Both the position numbers and the translations under genes were made by a program. A stretch of 64,000 nt of DNA from Polyangiaceae bacterium (GTDB taxonomy: Bacteria > Myxococcota_A > Polyangia > Polyangiales > Polyangiaceae). The notes below the pieces were generated by a model. It worked only from the letters and a program-made list of their open reading frames with translations, had not been told where the DNA came from and did not search any database. Below are positions 42,929 through 52,123 of the stretch, one piece after another (position 1 is the first letter of the stretch; the number at the start of each line of letters is the position of its first letter). The stretch is from assembly GCA_044376115.1 (NCBI GenBank), contig JBILLK010000028.1, positions 64,001-128,000 on the forward strand, in the 5' to 3' direction.

Positions 42929-44041
42929 TCAGCCGAGCGCCTTTTCAATCGCCACGTACTCGAGGCCGTGCGCGTCCGCGACGCCCTTGTAGGTGCAAGC
43001 GCCACCGAAGGTGTTGAGCCCGAGGAGGAGCGCTCGGTCGGCCTTGGCAGCCGCCACGACGCCCTGGTTCGCCAACTTGATGGCATAGGCCATGGTGGTG
43101 TTGGTGAGTGCCCACGTGCTGGTGTTGGGGACCGCGCCGGGCATGTTGGCCACGCAGTAGTGAACGACGCCGTCGACCTCGAAGGTCGGGTTGTCATGAG
43201 TGGTCGGTCGGCAGGTCTCGATGCAACCACCCTGATCCACGGCGACGTCCACAACGACGCTGCCCTTTTCCATTCGCGGCAGGAGCGCGCGCGGCACGAG
43301 CGTGGGAGCCTTCGCTCCGGCGACGAGGACGGCGCCGATCACGAGGTCGGCCTGTTCCACGCAGCGCTCGATGTTGTCGGGGTTCGAGTAGAGCGTCTCG
43401 ATGGCGCCACCGAACACGTCCTCGAGGTACGCCATCACGTCGGCGCGGACGTCGAGGAGCGTGACCTGCGCGCCCATGCCCACGGCGATGGTTGCAGCGT
43501 TCTTACCAACGACGCCGCCGCCCAAGATCACCACGCGACCGCGACGCGTACCGGGCACGCCACCGAGCAGCACACCCTTACCGCCGTGCTCTTTCTCGAG
43601 GCAGCTGGCACCGACCTGCACCGCCATGCGCCCTGCAACCTCACTCATCGGCTTGAGCAGCGGCAGCGTGTGATCGGGCAGCTCGATCGTCTCGTAGGCG
43701 ACGCCCGCCACGCCCGTTCGCACGAGCTCCTTGGTCAGCTCGGCCTCGGCAGCGAGATGGAGGTACGTGTACAGGATGAGGTCCTTGCGGAAGAAGCCGT
43801 ACTCGGCCTTGAGCGGCTCCTTCACCTTGACGACCATCTGTGCGGCCCAGGCATCTGCTGCGCTGCTCACGATGGTTGCGCCGGCCTTCACGTAGGCCTC
43901 GTCGGAGATGCCGCTGCCTTCACCGGCCGACTTCTCGACGACGACTTTGTGGCCGTGCTGCACGAGGGAGCGAACACCGGCCGGGGTCATGCCAACGCGG
44001 TACTCTCTAGTCTTGATTTCCTTGGGAACTCCGATGAGCAC
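42929..44041 (-). CDS. ald: Alanine dehydrogenase
   Basis: [51 protein letters not shown]. Confidence 0.97.
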   Translation of the reverse strand: MLIGVPKEIKTREYRVGMTPAGVRSLVQHGHKVVVEKSAGEGSGISDEAYVKAGATIVSSAADAWAAQMVVKVKEPLKAEYGFFRKDLILYTYLHLAAEAELTKELVRTGVAGVAYETIELPDHTLPLLKPMSEVAGRMAVQVGASCLEKEHGGKGVLLGGVPGTRRGRVVILGGGVVGKNAATIAVGMGAQVTLLDVRADVMAYLEDVFGGAIETLYSNPDNIERCVEQADLVIGAVLVAGAKAPTLVPRALLPRMEKGSVVVDVAVDQGGCIETCRPTTHDNPTFEVDGVVHYCVANMPGAVPNTSTWALTNTTMAYAIKLANQGVVAAAKADRALLLGLNTFGGACTYKGVADAHGLEYVAIEKALG

Positions 44042-44220
44042 GGTGAACTCCTTCGTGGGTGGCCTCGCGAGAAGGCGACACAGATATCTAATGGCGGTTG
44101 AGAAACGTCAGACGCTTTGCCCGACGGCGCGGACCATACCAGAAGTGCACGCGAGCGAGACGCCTGCGTGGGCGCCTTCGTTGCGATCTACGCCGCAGCG
44201 CGTCGCGACCGCGAACCTGG

Positions 44221-44910
44221 CTAGCGGGTTCGGATCCCGCCCAGCAAGATCTCAGAAATCAGCCACTTTCGACGCTCCAACGAGGCCCCGCCGTGTTCCT
44301 CCGGGAGCAGGATCCCGAGCACTGGCGCATCCACGATGGGGTAGAGAATCAACGACAGCCCGGCTCGCACCATTTCACTCGGCTGGACATCGGAGCGCAG
44401 CTCACCCGTCCCTTGGAGGTTGGTGGTGATCTCCACCACCGCAGAGAGCAGCGCGTGCGTCCGCTCCTGAATGATGCTCACCAGCGTGCCCGCCCCCGCG
44501 AGCACCTCACTGCGCATGATCGCCAGCAGTTTCTGGTGGGCTGCGGAGAAGTCCACCATCACGTCAACGAAACCACGGACGATCCCTTCCACGTCGCGCT
44601 TGGTCTCGAGCACGTGCCAGGAGGCCGTGGACATCTGATCCACGGCGCGCTTCACCACGGCCTCATAAAGCCCGTGCTTGTCGGCGAAATAATGATGAAT
44701 CAGCGCTGGCTGAACCTGCGCACCCACTGCGATCTCACGCAGCCGGGCACCCGCAAAACCGTGGGCCGCAAACTCGGCCTCGGCTGCGTCTAGAATCCGC
44801 TCTTGGGTGAGCGCCGAGCTTCTCTCGCGCTTAGGCGCTGGACCCCGGGCGCTCTGCTGAGCTTCCAGCGTGCGCTTGTCGTCGTCGTCGTCGCTTTCAG
44901 GCGGTGGCAT
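44221..44910 (-). CDS. TetR/AcrR family transcriptional regulator
   Basis: RILDAAEAEFAAHGFAGARLREIA...LIHHYFADKHGL; start overlaps the di-iron gene stop. Confidence 0.93.
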   Translation of the reverse strand: MPPPESDDDDDKRTLEAQQSARGPAPKRERSSALTQERILDAAEAEFAAHGFAGARLREIAVGAQVQPALIHHYFADKHGLYEAVVKRAVDQMSTASWHVLETKRDVEGIVRGFVDVMVDFSAAHQKLLAIMRSEVLAGAGTLVSIIQERTHALLSAVVEITTNLQGTGELRSDVQPSEMVRAGLSLILYPIVDAPVLGILLPEEHGGASLERRKWLISEILLGGIRTR

Positions 44911-45940
44911 CCCACGTTTCGTACTGAATCACGCGCAACTCTTCAAAGCCCTTCCGCACTTTGGGCGTAAGAAGTCCAAGCCGCTTAACATTTGGCACGA
45001 TTTTGGAGAACAGCAGAGTCTGAAAAGTCTGCATGATCGGGCTATTTCGCACCGCGTCGAGGCAGTCGGCCACCGGCAACCCGAGATTCTCCCAAACCTC
45101 TTGCATGAGAAAGCGATCTCGCATTAGGCGCGAGGCCTCGATGATGAACTCCTCCCGGTCGCGCAGCTCCGACTCGGACATGTCGTCGTAGACCCCGCGC
45201 AAGGAGAGGACGCCAAACGCAACATGGCGCGACTCATCGAGCATGATGCGATGAACGATGTCGCGGATCAGCGGCTCGTTCGAGGTCTGGGAGATGATGC
45301 CAAACGCGGCGAGCGCCAAGCCCTCTACCATGATCTGCATGCCCAAGAACTTCAGGTCCCAGCGGGTTTCACGCAGGATCTCGTCGAGCAGTTGCTTGAG
45401 GTGCGGCGAGACCGGGTACGTCAGCTCGATCTTCTCACGCAAGTAACGCTCATAGGCCTCGACGTGCCGCGCCTCATCCATCACCTGCGAAGCGGCGTAG
45501 AGCTTGGCCTCGGCGTCAGGCACCGAGCACACGATCTGCGACGTGGCGAGCAATGCACCCTGCTCACCGTGCAGGAAGTTCGACAACAAGTAGGAGGACG
45601 CGTGCCGCCGAACTTCGGGCAACTCACGCTTGGAGAGCCGGTTCCACACGTCCGTCCCGAAGATCGGGATGAACTGATCCGGCACATTCTCCGCCTGAGG
45701 ATCCACCGGCGTTCCCCACGCAAGCTCGGTCTTGGCGTTCCACTGATGGTCCTTCGCCTTCTCGTAGAGCGCTCGCAGATCAGCGCGGCCGTCGTAGCCC
45801 AGCGTGAAAGCCGTATCCAACTCGGAGCGAAGCCAGTCCACCCCAACAGGCTCCGCATCGTTCTGAGCGCGCAGCGTTCGACGCGGTTCACTCGGGCGGG
45901 GAACGGGAATCGTTGGAACGAACTTCTCGGCTGCGCTCAT
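44897..45940 (-). CDS. Ferritin-like di-iron protein (AurF-related family)
   Basis: HGEQGAL, DEARHVE, VEGLALAAF, DESRHVAFG (two ExxH pairs); AGGAGG SD. Confidence 0.85.
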   Translation of the reverse strand: MSAAEKFVPTIPVPRPSEPRRTLRAQNDAEPVGVDWLRSELDTAFTLGYDGRADLRALYEKAKDHQWNAKTELAWGTPVDPQAENVPDQFIPIFGTDVWNRLSKRELPEVRRHASSYLLSNFLHGEQGALLATSQIVCSVPDAEAKLYAASQVMDEARHVEAYERYLREKIELTYPVSPHLKQLLDEILRETRWDLKFLGMQIMVEGLALAAFGIISQTSNEPLIRDIVHRIMLDESRHVAFGVLSLRGVYDDMSESELRDREEFIIEASRLMRDRFLMQEVWENLGLPVADCLDAVRNSPIMQTFQTLLFSKIVPNVKRLGLLTPKVRKGFEELRVIQYETWDATA

Positions 45941-45959
45941 GGTGCCTCCTGGTTTTTTA

Positions 45960-46011
45960 CTTTTTAGTTTATCAACTACCCATTGGCAAGTTGCTGACTT
46001 TCTTTTTAGTT
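45960..46011. promoter_or_regulatory. AT-rich promoter/operator: 21-bp palindrome flanked by 10-bp direct repeats
   Basis: CAACT-ac-CCA-t-TGG-ca-AGTTG (45973-45993); CTTTTTAGTT at 45960-45969 and 46002-46011. Confidence 0.6.
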
Positions 46012-46149
46012 AATTCCATGCGCCAGCTCGCGCCCTCGGGCGTTGGCTTGGACTGGCGCATCGGTGGCGCACCACGGCAATCACCCGCCCAGCCAAGGCA
46101 GCCAGCGGGTCCCAATCGCGAAGATGGGTGGCTATAGCTGCCGCGCGGA

Positions 46150-46968
46150 TTAGCCGAGCTCAGCGACAAATGTGCGCCGCGCTGGGCCGAGCATCTGAAC
46201 AGCTCCCTCCGGCGTGCAGCGGATGCTCAGCTCGCCACCGGGCAATTGGACGGTGGTGGGGTGATCGAACGCCAGCCTGCCGTCCAAAGCAGCAGCAAAG
46301 ACGGTTGCACAAGCACCCGTCCCACACGCCTGCGTATAGCCAACCCCGCGTTCCCAAACGACCAGATCGATCGTGCTCTCGTCGCGAACCGTGGCGAACT
46401 CGACGTTGGTGAGCCCTTGCCGACTGTGCTCGAGCAGCACCGCCAACTCGTCACGATTCACTGCGGGAAAAGGCTCAAACAAGATCGCGTGCGGGTTTCC
46501 GATATTGATGTCGCGCAAGCGTACCATTGCACCGAGCAAGGTGAGCTCTCGGACGCCCTCATCGCGAGCAGGCCCCATGCTCACGCTCACGTTGAAGGCT
46601 TCTTCGCCGCGCTCGACGCGACAAAGCTTGAGGCCCGCTTCCGTCTCGACGCTGAACTCGGCGGGTGCACCGTGCGAAACAAGGAACGCGGCAACGCACC
46701 GCAGGCCGTTACCGCACATCTCAGGACGAGAACCATCAGCGTTGTAGACGAACATTTGCGCGACGCCGTTAGCGGCCGCCTTGACCAGCAGCACGCCGTC
46801 CGCGCCAACGCCGCGATGCCGATCACACCACGCGCGAAAGCGTGACTGACGCTCCGCCTCCGCTTGCGCGTCGACGACCCATTCCGGCAACGCAGAAGCT
46901 TCGCGCGCGTCGAACACGACGAAGTCGTTACCGAGACCTTCCCACTTTTCGATTCGAAGACGACTCAT
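46150..46968 (-). CDS. dapF: Diaminopimelate epimerase
   Basis: GLGNDF, GVGADG, EMCGNG, GNPH, WERGVG.TQACGTGACA. Confidence 0.95.
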   Translation of the reverse strand: MSRLRIEKWEGLGNDFVVFDAREASALPEWVVDAQAEAERQSRFRAWCDRHRGVGADGVLLVKAAANGVAQMFVYNADGSRPEMCGNGLRCVAAFLVSHGAPAEFSVETEAGLKLCRVERGEEAFNVSVSMGPARDEGVRELTLLGAMVRLRDINIGNPHAILFEPFPAVNRDELAVLLEHSRQGLTNVEFATVRDESTIDLVVWERGVGYTQACGTGACATVFAAALDGRLAFDHPTTVQLPGGELSIRCTPEGAVQMLGPARRTFVAELG

Positions 46969-47267
46969 GGCTTGCGCTCGATGGCTTTCATAAACACGGC
47001 CTCGCTCAGACCAACGATCTCGATCAGCTTGGTGCGACTGCTGTCGCCCTTCACCAATCGCACAGCGCTCTTCGCTACGGCAAAATGAAGCGCGAGCCCA
47101 CGCACCAACTCTTCGTTAGCAGCGCCGTCGACAGGTGGTGCTGCCACCGCAACTTCAAGCGCGCCGTTTTTCTCGCCGAGCACTTTGGTCTTCGATGCTC
47201 GCGGCTTGACGTGAACCGAGAAGCGTCCGCACCCATCCACGCTGCTGAAAAGCGGACGCTCCGTCAC
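46965..47267 (-). CDS. DUF167 / YggU family protein
   Basis: VKPRAS, AAPPVDGAAN, GDSSRTK. Confidence 0.92.
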   Translation of the reverse strand: MTERPLFSSVDGCGRFSVHVKPRASKTKVLGEKNGALEVAVAAPPVDGAANEELVRGLALHFAVAKSAVRLVKGDSSRTKLIEIVGLSEAVFMKAIERKP

Positions 47268-47386
47268 GGCTTGAATCGATGGCAGGTGTGACGCTGCGTC
47301 AAGCGATTGTCCGAAGTCGATGGTTCTCTGACGCCGGAGCCACTTCGTTCATTAAGGCAACCGGAACTCTGGCCGTCAATCAGGAC

Positions 47387-49030
47387 ATGCGAATTGTAAC
47401 AAGTCGTTGGTTGGCCGCGATGATGAGCTCTCTCTCGTTTGCGGCTTCGGGATGCGAGCTGATCGCGAACACAGATCGTACGACCATCGGCGCGGGTGGC
47501 GCGGGCGGCGCGGGCGGCGGCGACCAGGTCGGCGGCTCGGCGGGCAGCGTCGCACAAGGCGCGAGTGATGCCGGAGCTGGTGGCGCTGGCAGCGCCTCTA
47601 CCAACGGCGGTGGCGGCGCGGGTGCAGCAGGCGGCGACGGTGGCGCGGGCAGTTCCACTGTCGGTGCAGGCGGTGAAGGCGGCGCAGGCGGTGAAGGCGG
47701 TGCGGGCGGTGAAGGCGGTGCGGGCGGTGAAGGCGGCGCAGGCAGTTCCACCGTCGGTGCAGGCGGCGCAGGCGGTGAAGGCGGTGCGGGCAGTTCCACC
47801 GTCGGCGCGGGCGGCGCAGGCGGTGATGGCGGCTCGGGTGGCGCAGGCGGTGCGGGAAGCTCCACCGTCGGCGCGGGTGGCGCAGGCGGTGAGACGGGCC
47901 CTGGCGGCGCAGGCGGTGACGGCGGCGCGGGCAGTTCCACCGTCGGCGCGGGCGGCGCAGGCGGCGCAGGTGGCGCAGGTGGCGCAGGTGGCGACGGTGG
48001 TGCAGGCGGCTCGGGTGGTGTCCCGCCCGGCGAAACGTGCGCCGACCCGATGCTAGTGGAGGTCGTTCTCGACACAACCTACTTCACCAACGGGGAGATC
48101 TTCACGACCTCCACCAACGAGATTGAGAGCTTCTGCACCGACGCCGATCCCAATGTCCCCGACACTTGGGCTGACGTGGTTTACGCAGTCCAAATCAGTG
48201 ATGCGTGCAGCGCTTCGTTCGTCGTGCAGAGTTCGACCGACGCGGAGATCTCCTTGCGGTCCGATTGCGGCGTCGAGGAGTACTGCGTCAACACGGTCGT
48301 TGGCGGCGGTGGGCAGGAAAACCTTTCCGTTCCATTGGAGGCGGGCACCTACTTCCTCAACATTCAGTCGGATCTACCCACTCCGTACACCTTGCATATC
48401 TACTGCAACACCCCAGCCTGTGGTGACAGCTTCCTGAACCCCGGCGAAGCGTGTGATGATCACAACACCGACGATGGCGATGGCTGTAGCTCGCTTTGCA
48501 CGATTGAGGCGGCAGACCCACTGGTTGAGGACTGCGCCAGCGTAAGCCCTCAAGCAGCGCACCAGCTCGTGGCTGGCGCTCAGTTCCTCACCCCAGTCGG
48601 TGCGGCAGCGACCACGCTTGGTGCCCTCGACAACGAGCACGGTACTTGTCAGCTTGCACCCGCTGACCCGGCGGAGTCGTATGCGCCAGACCAGGTCTAC
48701 AAGATGCGGTCGCCAGTTCCCGGTATGGCCACGGTCACGCTCGGGCTCGACCCAGCCGGGATCCCTTATTGCGGTGCTGACGTGAACGCGGAGCCCTCGT
48801 TGCCCTATTCATCTGGTTGCTACGACCGCTCGCTCTTCATTCGCGAGGCCGATTGCACCGCGGGAGCTGAGGTCGCCTGCACAGAGGGAACCAATTGGTG
48901 GGACGTGGAACAAGCCCTCATTCCTATCGCCGCAGACACGGACTACTACGTATTCGCCGACGGCTGGTTGGCCGGCTACGGATATGATGTTGGTTCGTAC
49001 ACCATCCAAGTCGAGTTTACGCCCGACTGA
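47387..49030 (+). CDS. Gly-rich lipoprotein with myxobacterial Cys-rich repeat (DUF4215-like) and PPC-like beta-sandwich domains
   Basis: Lipobox ASGC; CGDSFLNPGEACDDHNTDDGDGCSSLC; DVVY...LEAGTYFL and DQVY...YYVFADG. Confidence 0.85.
   Translation: MRIVTSRWLAAMMSSLSFAASGCELIANTDRTTIGAGGAGGAGGGDQVGGSAGSVAQGASDAGAGGAGSASTNGGGGAGAAGGDGGAGSSTVGAGGEGGAGGEGGAGGEGGAGGEGGAGSSTVGAGGAGGEGGAGSSTVGAGGAGGDGGSGGAGGAGSSTVGAGGAGGETGPGGAGGDGGAGSSTVGAGGAGGAGGAGGAGGDGGAGGSGGVPPGETCADPMLVEVVLDTTYFTNGEIFTTSTNEIESFCTDADPNVPDTWADVVYAVQISDACSASFVVQSSTDAEISLRSDCGVEEYCVNTVVGGGGQENLSVPLEAGTYFLNIQSDLPTPYTLHIYCNTPACGDSFLNPGEACDDHNTDDGDGCSSLCTIEAADPLVEDCASVSPQAAHQLVAGAQFLTPVGAAATTLGALDNEHGTCQLAPADPAESYAPDQVYKMRSPVPGMATVTLGLDPAGIPYCGADVNAEPSLPYSSGCYDRSLFIREADCTAGAEVACTEGTNWWDVEQALIPIAADTDYYVFADGWLAGYGYDVGSYTIQVEFTPD
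47630..48020 (+). repeat. Intragenic tandem repeats encoding GGAGSSTVGAGG (5 copies) and GGEGGA units
   Basis: Repeated AGTTCCACCGTCGGCGCGGGCGGCGCAGG-like and GGCGGTGAAGGCGG units, visible directly. Confidence 0.9.
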
Positions 49031-49091
49031 GTCATAGCGAACCGCACGTTTGCAGCAGGGCCTCGAGGGTTACGACCTTCGAGGCCTTTGC

Positions 49092-49727
49092 TCATAGAAG
49101 CTCGTCACTCGTTGCGTTGTCCTCTTCGCTTTGAAGATGACAGGCGTGGCAGCGCATACCGGCCGAGGAATTGAAGGCCGCTTTGACCGCAACGACCTTT
49201 GCGCAGCCGATGCAGGCCACGGTTTTTTCGCGCGCAACTTCTCGTGGGGCGGAGCGATAACCATCTCCGGGCACGACCTCCACCTCAGTATTTGCCGAGT
49301 CTCGCCGACCCAAGTGGCAAGCTTCACACAGCTCCCCGGTCACTCGGCGGTAGCTTTGCGCGCGCAGAACTCGGGCCTTGCAGCTGGTGCAGGTCACCCA
49401 CGCGGCCTCTTCTTGCTTGCGCGTCGCAATCTCCTCACGCAGCGCGCGCGAGCGCTCCGCGAAGGCCATCGCGTCGAAGGAGTTGTTGCGGGCAAGGGCC
49501 TCACACAACACCATCACGGTGATCTCCAGATCGCGTACCCGCGCCTCGAGATCGCTCGTCGCTGCAGGCATTGGCGTCGTCGGGATTTCGGGGACCCCGC
49601 TCGCCCAAGGGGTCTCGTCCCTGCGGCTTGGCGTCTGCGACAATAGACCGCGAACCCTGCTCGCCTCGCTTGGCGATAGGTTGGGAGCAATCAGAGCGCC
49701 AAGTAGCTGCAAGAATGGTTCGGCCAT
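49092..49727 (-). CDS. Hypothetical protein with two CxxC-x17-CxxC zinc-ribbon-like repeats
   Basis: CTSC...CEACH and CIGC...CHACH; no signal peptide. Confidence 0.7.
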   Translation of the reverse strand: MAEPFLQLLGALIAPNLSPSEASRVRGLLSQTPSRRDETPWASGVPEIPTTPMPAATSDLEARVRDLEITVMVLCEALARNNSFDAMAFAERSRALREEIATRKQEEAAWVTCTSCKARVLRAQSYRRVTGELCEACHLGRRDSANTEVEVVPGDGYRSAPREVAREKTVACIGCAKVVAVKAAFNSSAGMRCHACHLQSEEDNATSDELL

Positions 49728-49786
49728 GAGGAACTGTCTTTCAGCCTACATTACGTCCTGTTAGGTCAGCGACTCGCAACGAGAGT

Positions 49787-50917
49787 GTGAATGCTCACGA
49801 GACCGTGAGCACCAGGGTCAGGGAAGCTTTGATGCCGGCTCCGCCGACAACTCACCAGGATGACGTCCCCGACTTGGTGGGACACACGCTCCCCGGCGGG
49901 TGGGCTGTGCTGCGCCACATTGCCGAAGGGGGAATGGCGCACGTCTATGAGGGCCATAACGCGGATGGCATTCGCGGAGCGATCAAGGTCCTGCACACAC
50001 ATCTGTTGAGCAAGCCCGAGCTCGCCTTTCGCTTTCGACGCGAAGGTGAGATCGTCGAGTCGATCAAGAGCCCTCACGTTCCCCAGGTGCTCGCGCGTGG
50101 CAAAGATGAGCGTGGCCGGCCGTTCATGGTGTTCGAGTTCGTTGAAGGGCTCGAGCTGACCAAGATCTTGGACGAGCATGTCCGCTTACCGCCGGCGGTA
50201 GCGCTCGAGATTACGCTTCAAATGTGTGAAGCGCTGCGGGTCGCTCATCTGGCTGGCATCGTCCACCGCGACATGAAGCCCGACAATGTCATCATCGTTG
50301 GCCCGCTCGACGCACCCCTGGTCAAGGTGCTCGACTTCAGCGTTTCGAAAGATGAGGACTTGGCCCTCACGCAGCAGGGTCATGTGATGGGGACGCCCTG
50401 CTACATGGCGATCGAGCAGGCGCTGGGTGAGCCCATCACGCCATTGGCAGACATCTATTCGGTGGGCGCCATCCTCTACGACATGTTGACTGGCCGACCA
50501 CCCTATGAGCCGGATGAGCCTGGTCGCGTGTTGTCGGCGCTCTTGTCCAAGGAGCCACCGCGTGCCATCGATCTCAACCCAGCGATACCGCCCGCGCTGG
50601 CGACCATTGTCGATACTGCGATGGCTCGCTCCCCCAAGAAGCGGTTCCCCTTCATTGAGTCGATGATCGAGGCGTTGCGCGCTGCTTCCGCCAGCATCAC
50701 TCAGCGTGACACCTCGGAGACATTGCCTCCACCAGAGCCTACCTTTACGTCGAGCCCGACTGCAGAGGCGCAGCCCGTCGCGTTTGAGCCCGTGGCCGAC
50801 TCGGTGAGCCGCCCGCGCCGAGCACCGAGCCCCAACGTGAGCATGGCGATCGTCCTCGTGGCTGCGCTGATCCTGCTGCTAGTGGCTGCAGCGGTGATCT
50901 TCGGCGCGCGTCGGTGA
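49787..50917 (+). CDS. Ser/Thr protein kinase with C-terminal TM anchor
   Basis: AEGGMA, AIK, HRDMKPDN, DFS, GTPCYMA. Start uncertain. Confidence 0.9.
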   Translation: MNAHETVSTRVREALMPAPPTTHQDDVPDLVGHTLPGGWAVLRHIAEGGMAHVYEGHNADGIRGAIKVLHTHLLSKPELAFRFRREGEIVESIKSPHVPQVLARGKDERGRPFMVFEFVEGLELTKILDEHVRLPPAVALEITLQMCEALRVAHLAGIVHRDMKPDNVIIVGPLDAPLVKVLDFSVSKDEDLALTQQGHVMGTPCYMAIEQALGEPITPLADIYSVGAILYDMLTGRPPYEPDEPGRVLSALLSKEPPRAIDLNPAIPPALATIVDTAMARSPKKRFPFIESMIEALRAASASITQRDTSETLPPPEPTFTSSPTAEAQPVAFEPVADSVSRPRRAPSPNVSMAIVLVAALILLLVAAAVIFGARR

Positions 50918-50950
50918 CGAGGGCTCGCCCGGCTACTATGCTCGACCGCC

Positions 50951-52123
50951 ATGTCGCGCTTGAGATGGCTGACCGCCGGCGAATCGCACGGACCTGAACT
51001 GACGATCTTGATCGAAGGCATCCCCGCGGGGCTCGCTCTTTCGGCGGAGACGATCAACGAAGACCTCCGTCGCAGGCAGCGCGGCTACGGACGCGGTGGT
51101 CGTATGAAGATCGAGACCGACGCCGTGAAGTTCACCGCGGGCGTGCGTGGTGGCGTAACGCTCGGCTCGCCGATCGTGATGTCGATCAAGAACCGCGACT
51201 TCGCCAACTGGCAAGGTCGGATGGGCGCCGAACCGTTCGAGACCCCGCCCGAGGCGCTCACGCGACCTCGTCCCGGCCACGCCGACCTCGCTGGCGGCCT
51301 CAAGTATGGCCACTCCGATTTACGCAACGTGCTCGAGCGAGCGAGCGCCCGCGAGACAGCTTCCCGGGTCGCTGCAGGCGCGGTCTGTCGAGCCTTCCTG
51401 CGCGAGCTCGAGATCGAGGTCTTCGCGCACGTTCTTTCGATTGGTGCGGAAACGGCACAACCCGCCGGGACGCCCGCGGAGCTGCAGCAAAAGGCCCGCG
51501 CGAGTGAGATGGCCTGCGCCGACGCCGAGGCGGAGGCACGCATGCGCACGGCGATTCATCAGGCATCGCACGCTGGAGATACGCTGGGTGGCGTGTTCGA
51601 GGTGGTCGCCAGCGGTGCACCGGCCGGGCTCGGTAGTCACGTGCAATGGGACCTTCGCCTGGACGGCCGACTTGCGCAGGCGTTGATGAGCATCCCGGCG
51701 ATCAAAGGCGTTGAGATCGGTCTCGGTTTCGAGGCGGCGCGCCGCCCCGGATCGCAGGTCCACGATCCGATCGGCTTCGATACGGCGCTGCAGAGCTTCA
51801 CCCGCTCGAGCAACGGCGCTGGCGGCCTCGAGGGCGGCATCTCGAATGGCAGCCCCATCGTTTGTCGCGCAGCAATGAAGCCGATCTCGACGTTGAAGAA
51901 GGCGCTTCCTTCGGTGGACATCCATTCGAAGCAAAGCACCGATGCGGCCTTCGAGCGCAGCGACGTTTGCGCGGTCCCCGCAGCCAGTGTGGTTGGCGAA
52001 GCCATGGTGTTGCTCGTGCTCTGCGATGCTGTGCGTGAAAAATTCGGCGGGGACAGCTTGCGCGAGGTCCTGCACAACGTGAACGGCTACAAGCTCGGCA
52101 TGCGCGAGTTTCCGCATGACTGA
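50951..52123 (+). CDS. aroC: Chorismate synthase
   Basis: TAGESHG, RPGHAD, ERASARETA, GGLEGGISNG, MKPIST, ERSDVC. Confidence 0.97.
   Translation: MSRLRWLTAGESHGPELTILIEGIPAGLALSAETINEDLRRRQRGYGRGGRMKIETDAVKFTAGVRGGVTLGSPIVMSIKNRDFANWQGRMGAEPFETPPEALTRPRPGHADLAGGLKYGHSDLRNVLERASARETASRVAAGAVCRAFLRELEIEVFAHVLSIGAETAQPAGTPAELQQKARASEMACADAEAEARMRTAIHQASHAGDTLGGVFEVVASGAPAGLGSHVQWDLRLDGRLAQALMSIPAIKGVEIGLGFEAARRPGSQVHDPIGFDTALQSFTRSSNGAGGLEGGISNGSPIVCRAAMKPISTLKKALPSVDIHSKQSTDAAFERSDVCAVPAASVVGEAMVLLVLCDAVREKFGGDSLREVLHNVNGYKLGMREFPHD

Noticed and set aside
41936..44101. 721-aa plus-strand ORF and similar long antisense ORFs (3335..4891, 17776..18684, 18832..19899, 20292..21398, 36416..37543)
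   Set aside because: Shadow ORFs antisense to well-supported genes, as expected from high-GC codon bias.
47289..47301. Perfect palindrome TGACGCTGCGTCA between divergent genes
   Set aside because: A single 13-bp GC-rich palindrome with no second copy or cognate regulator; could be chance.
49092..49727. Di-heme cytochrome c (CEACH, CHACH)
   Set aside because: No export signal, and each CxxCH is paired with an upstream CxxC, which fits zinc ribbons better.
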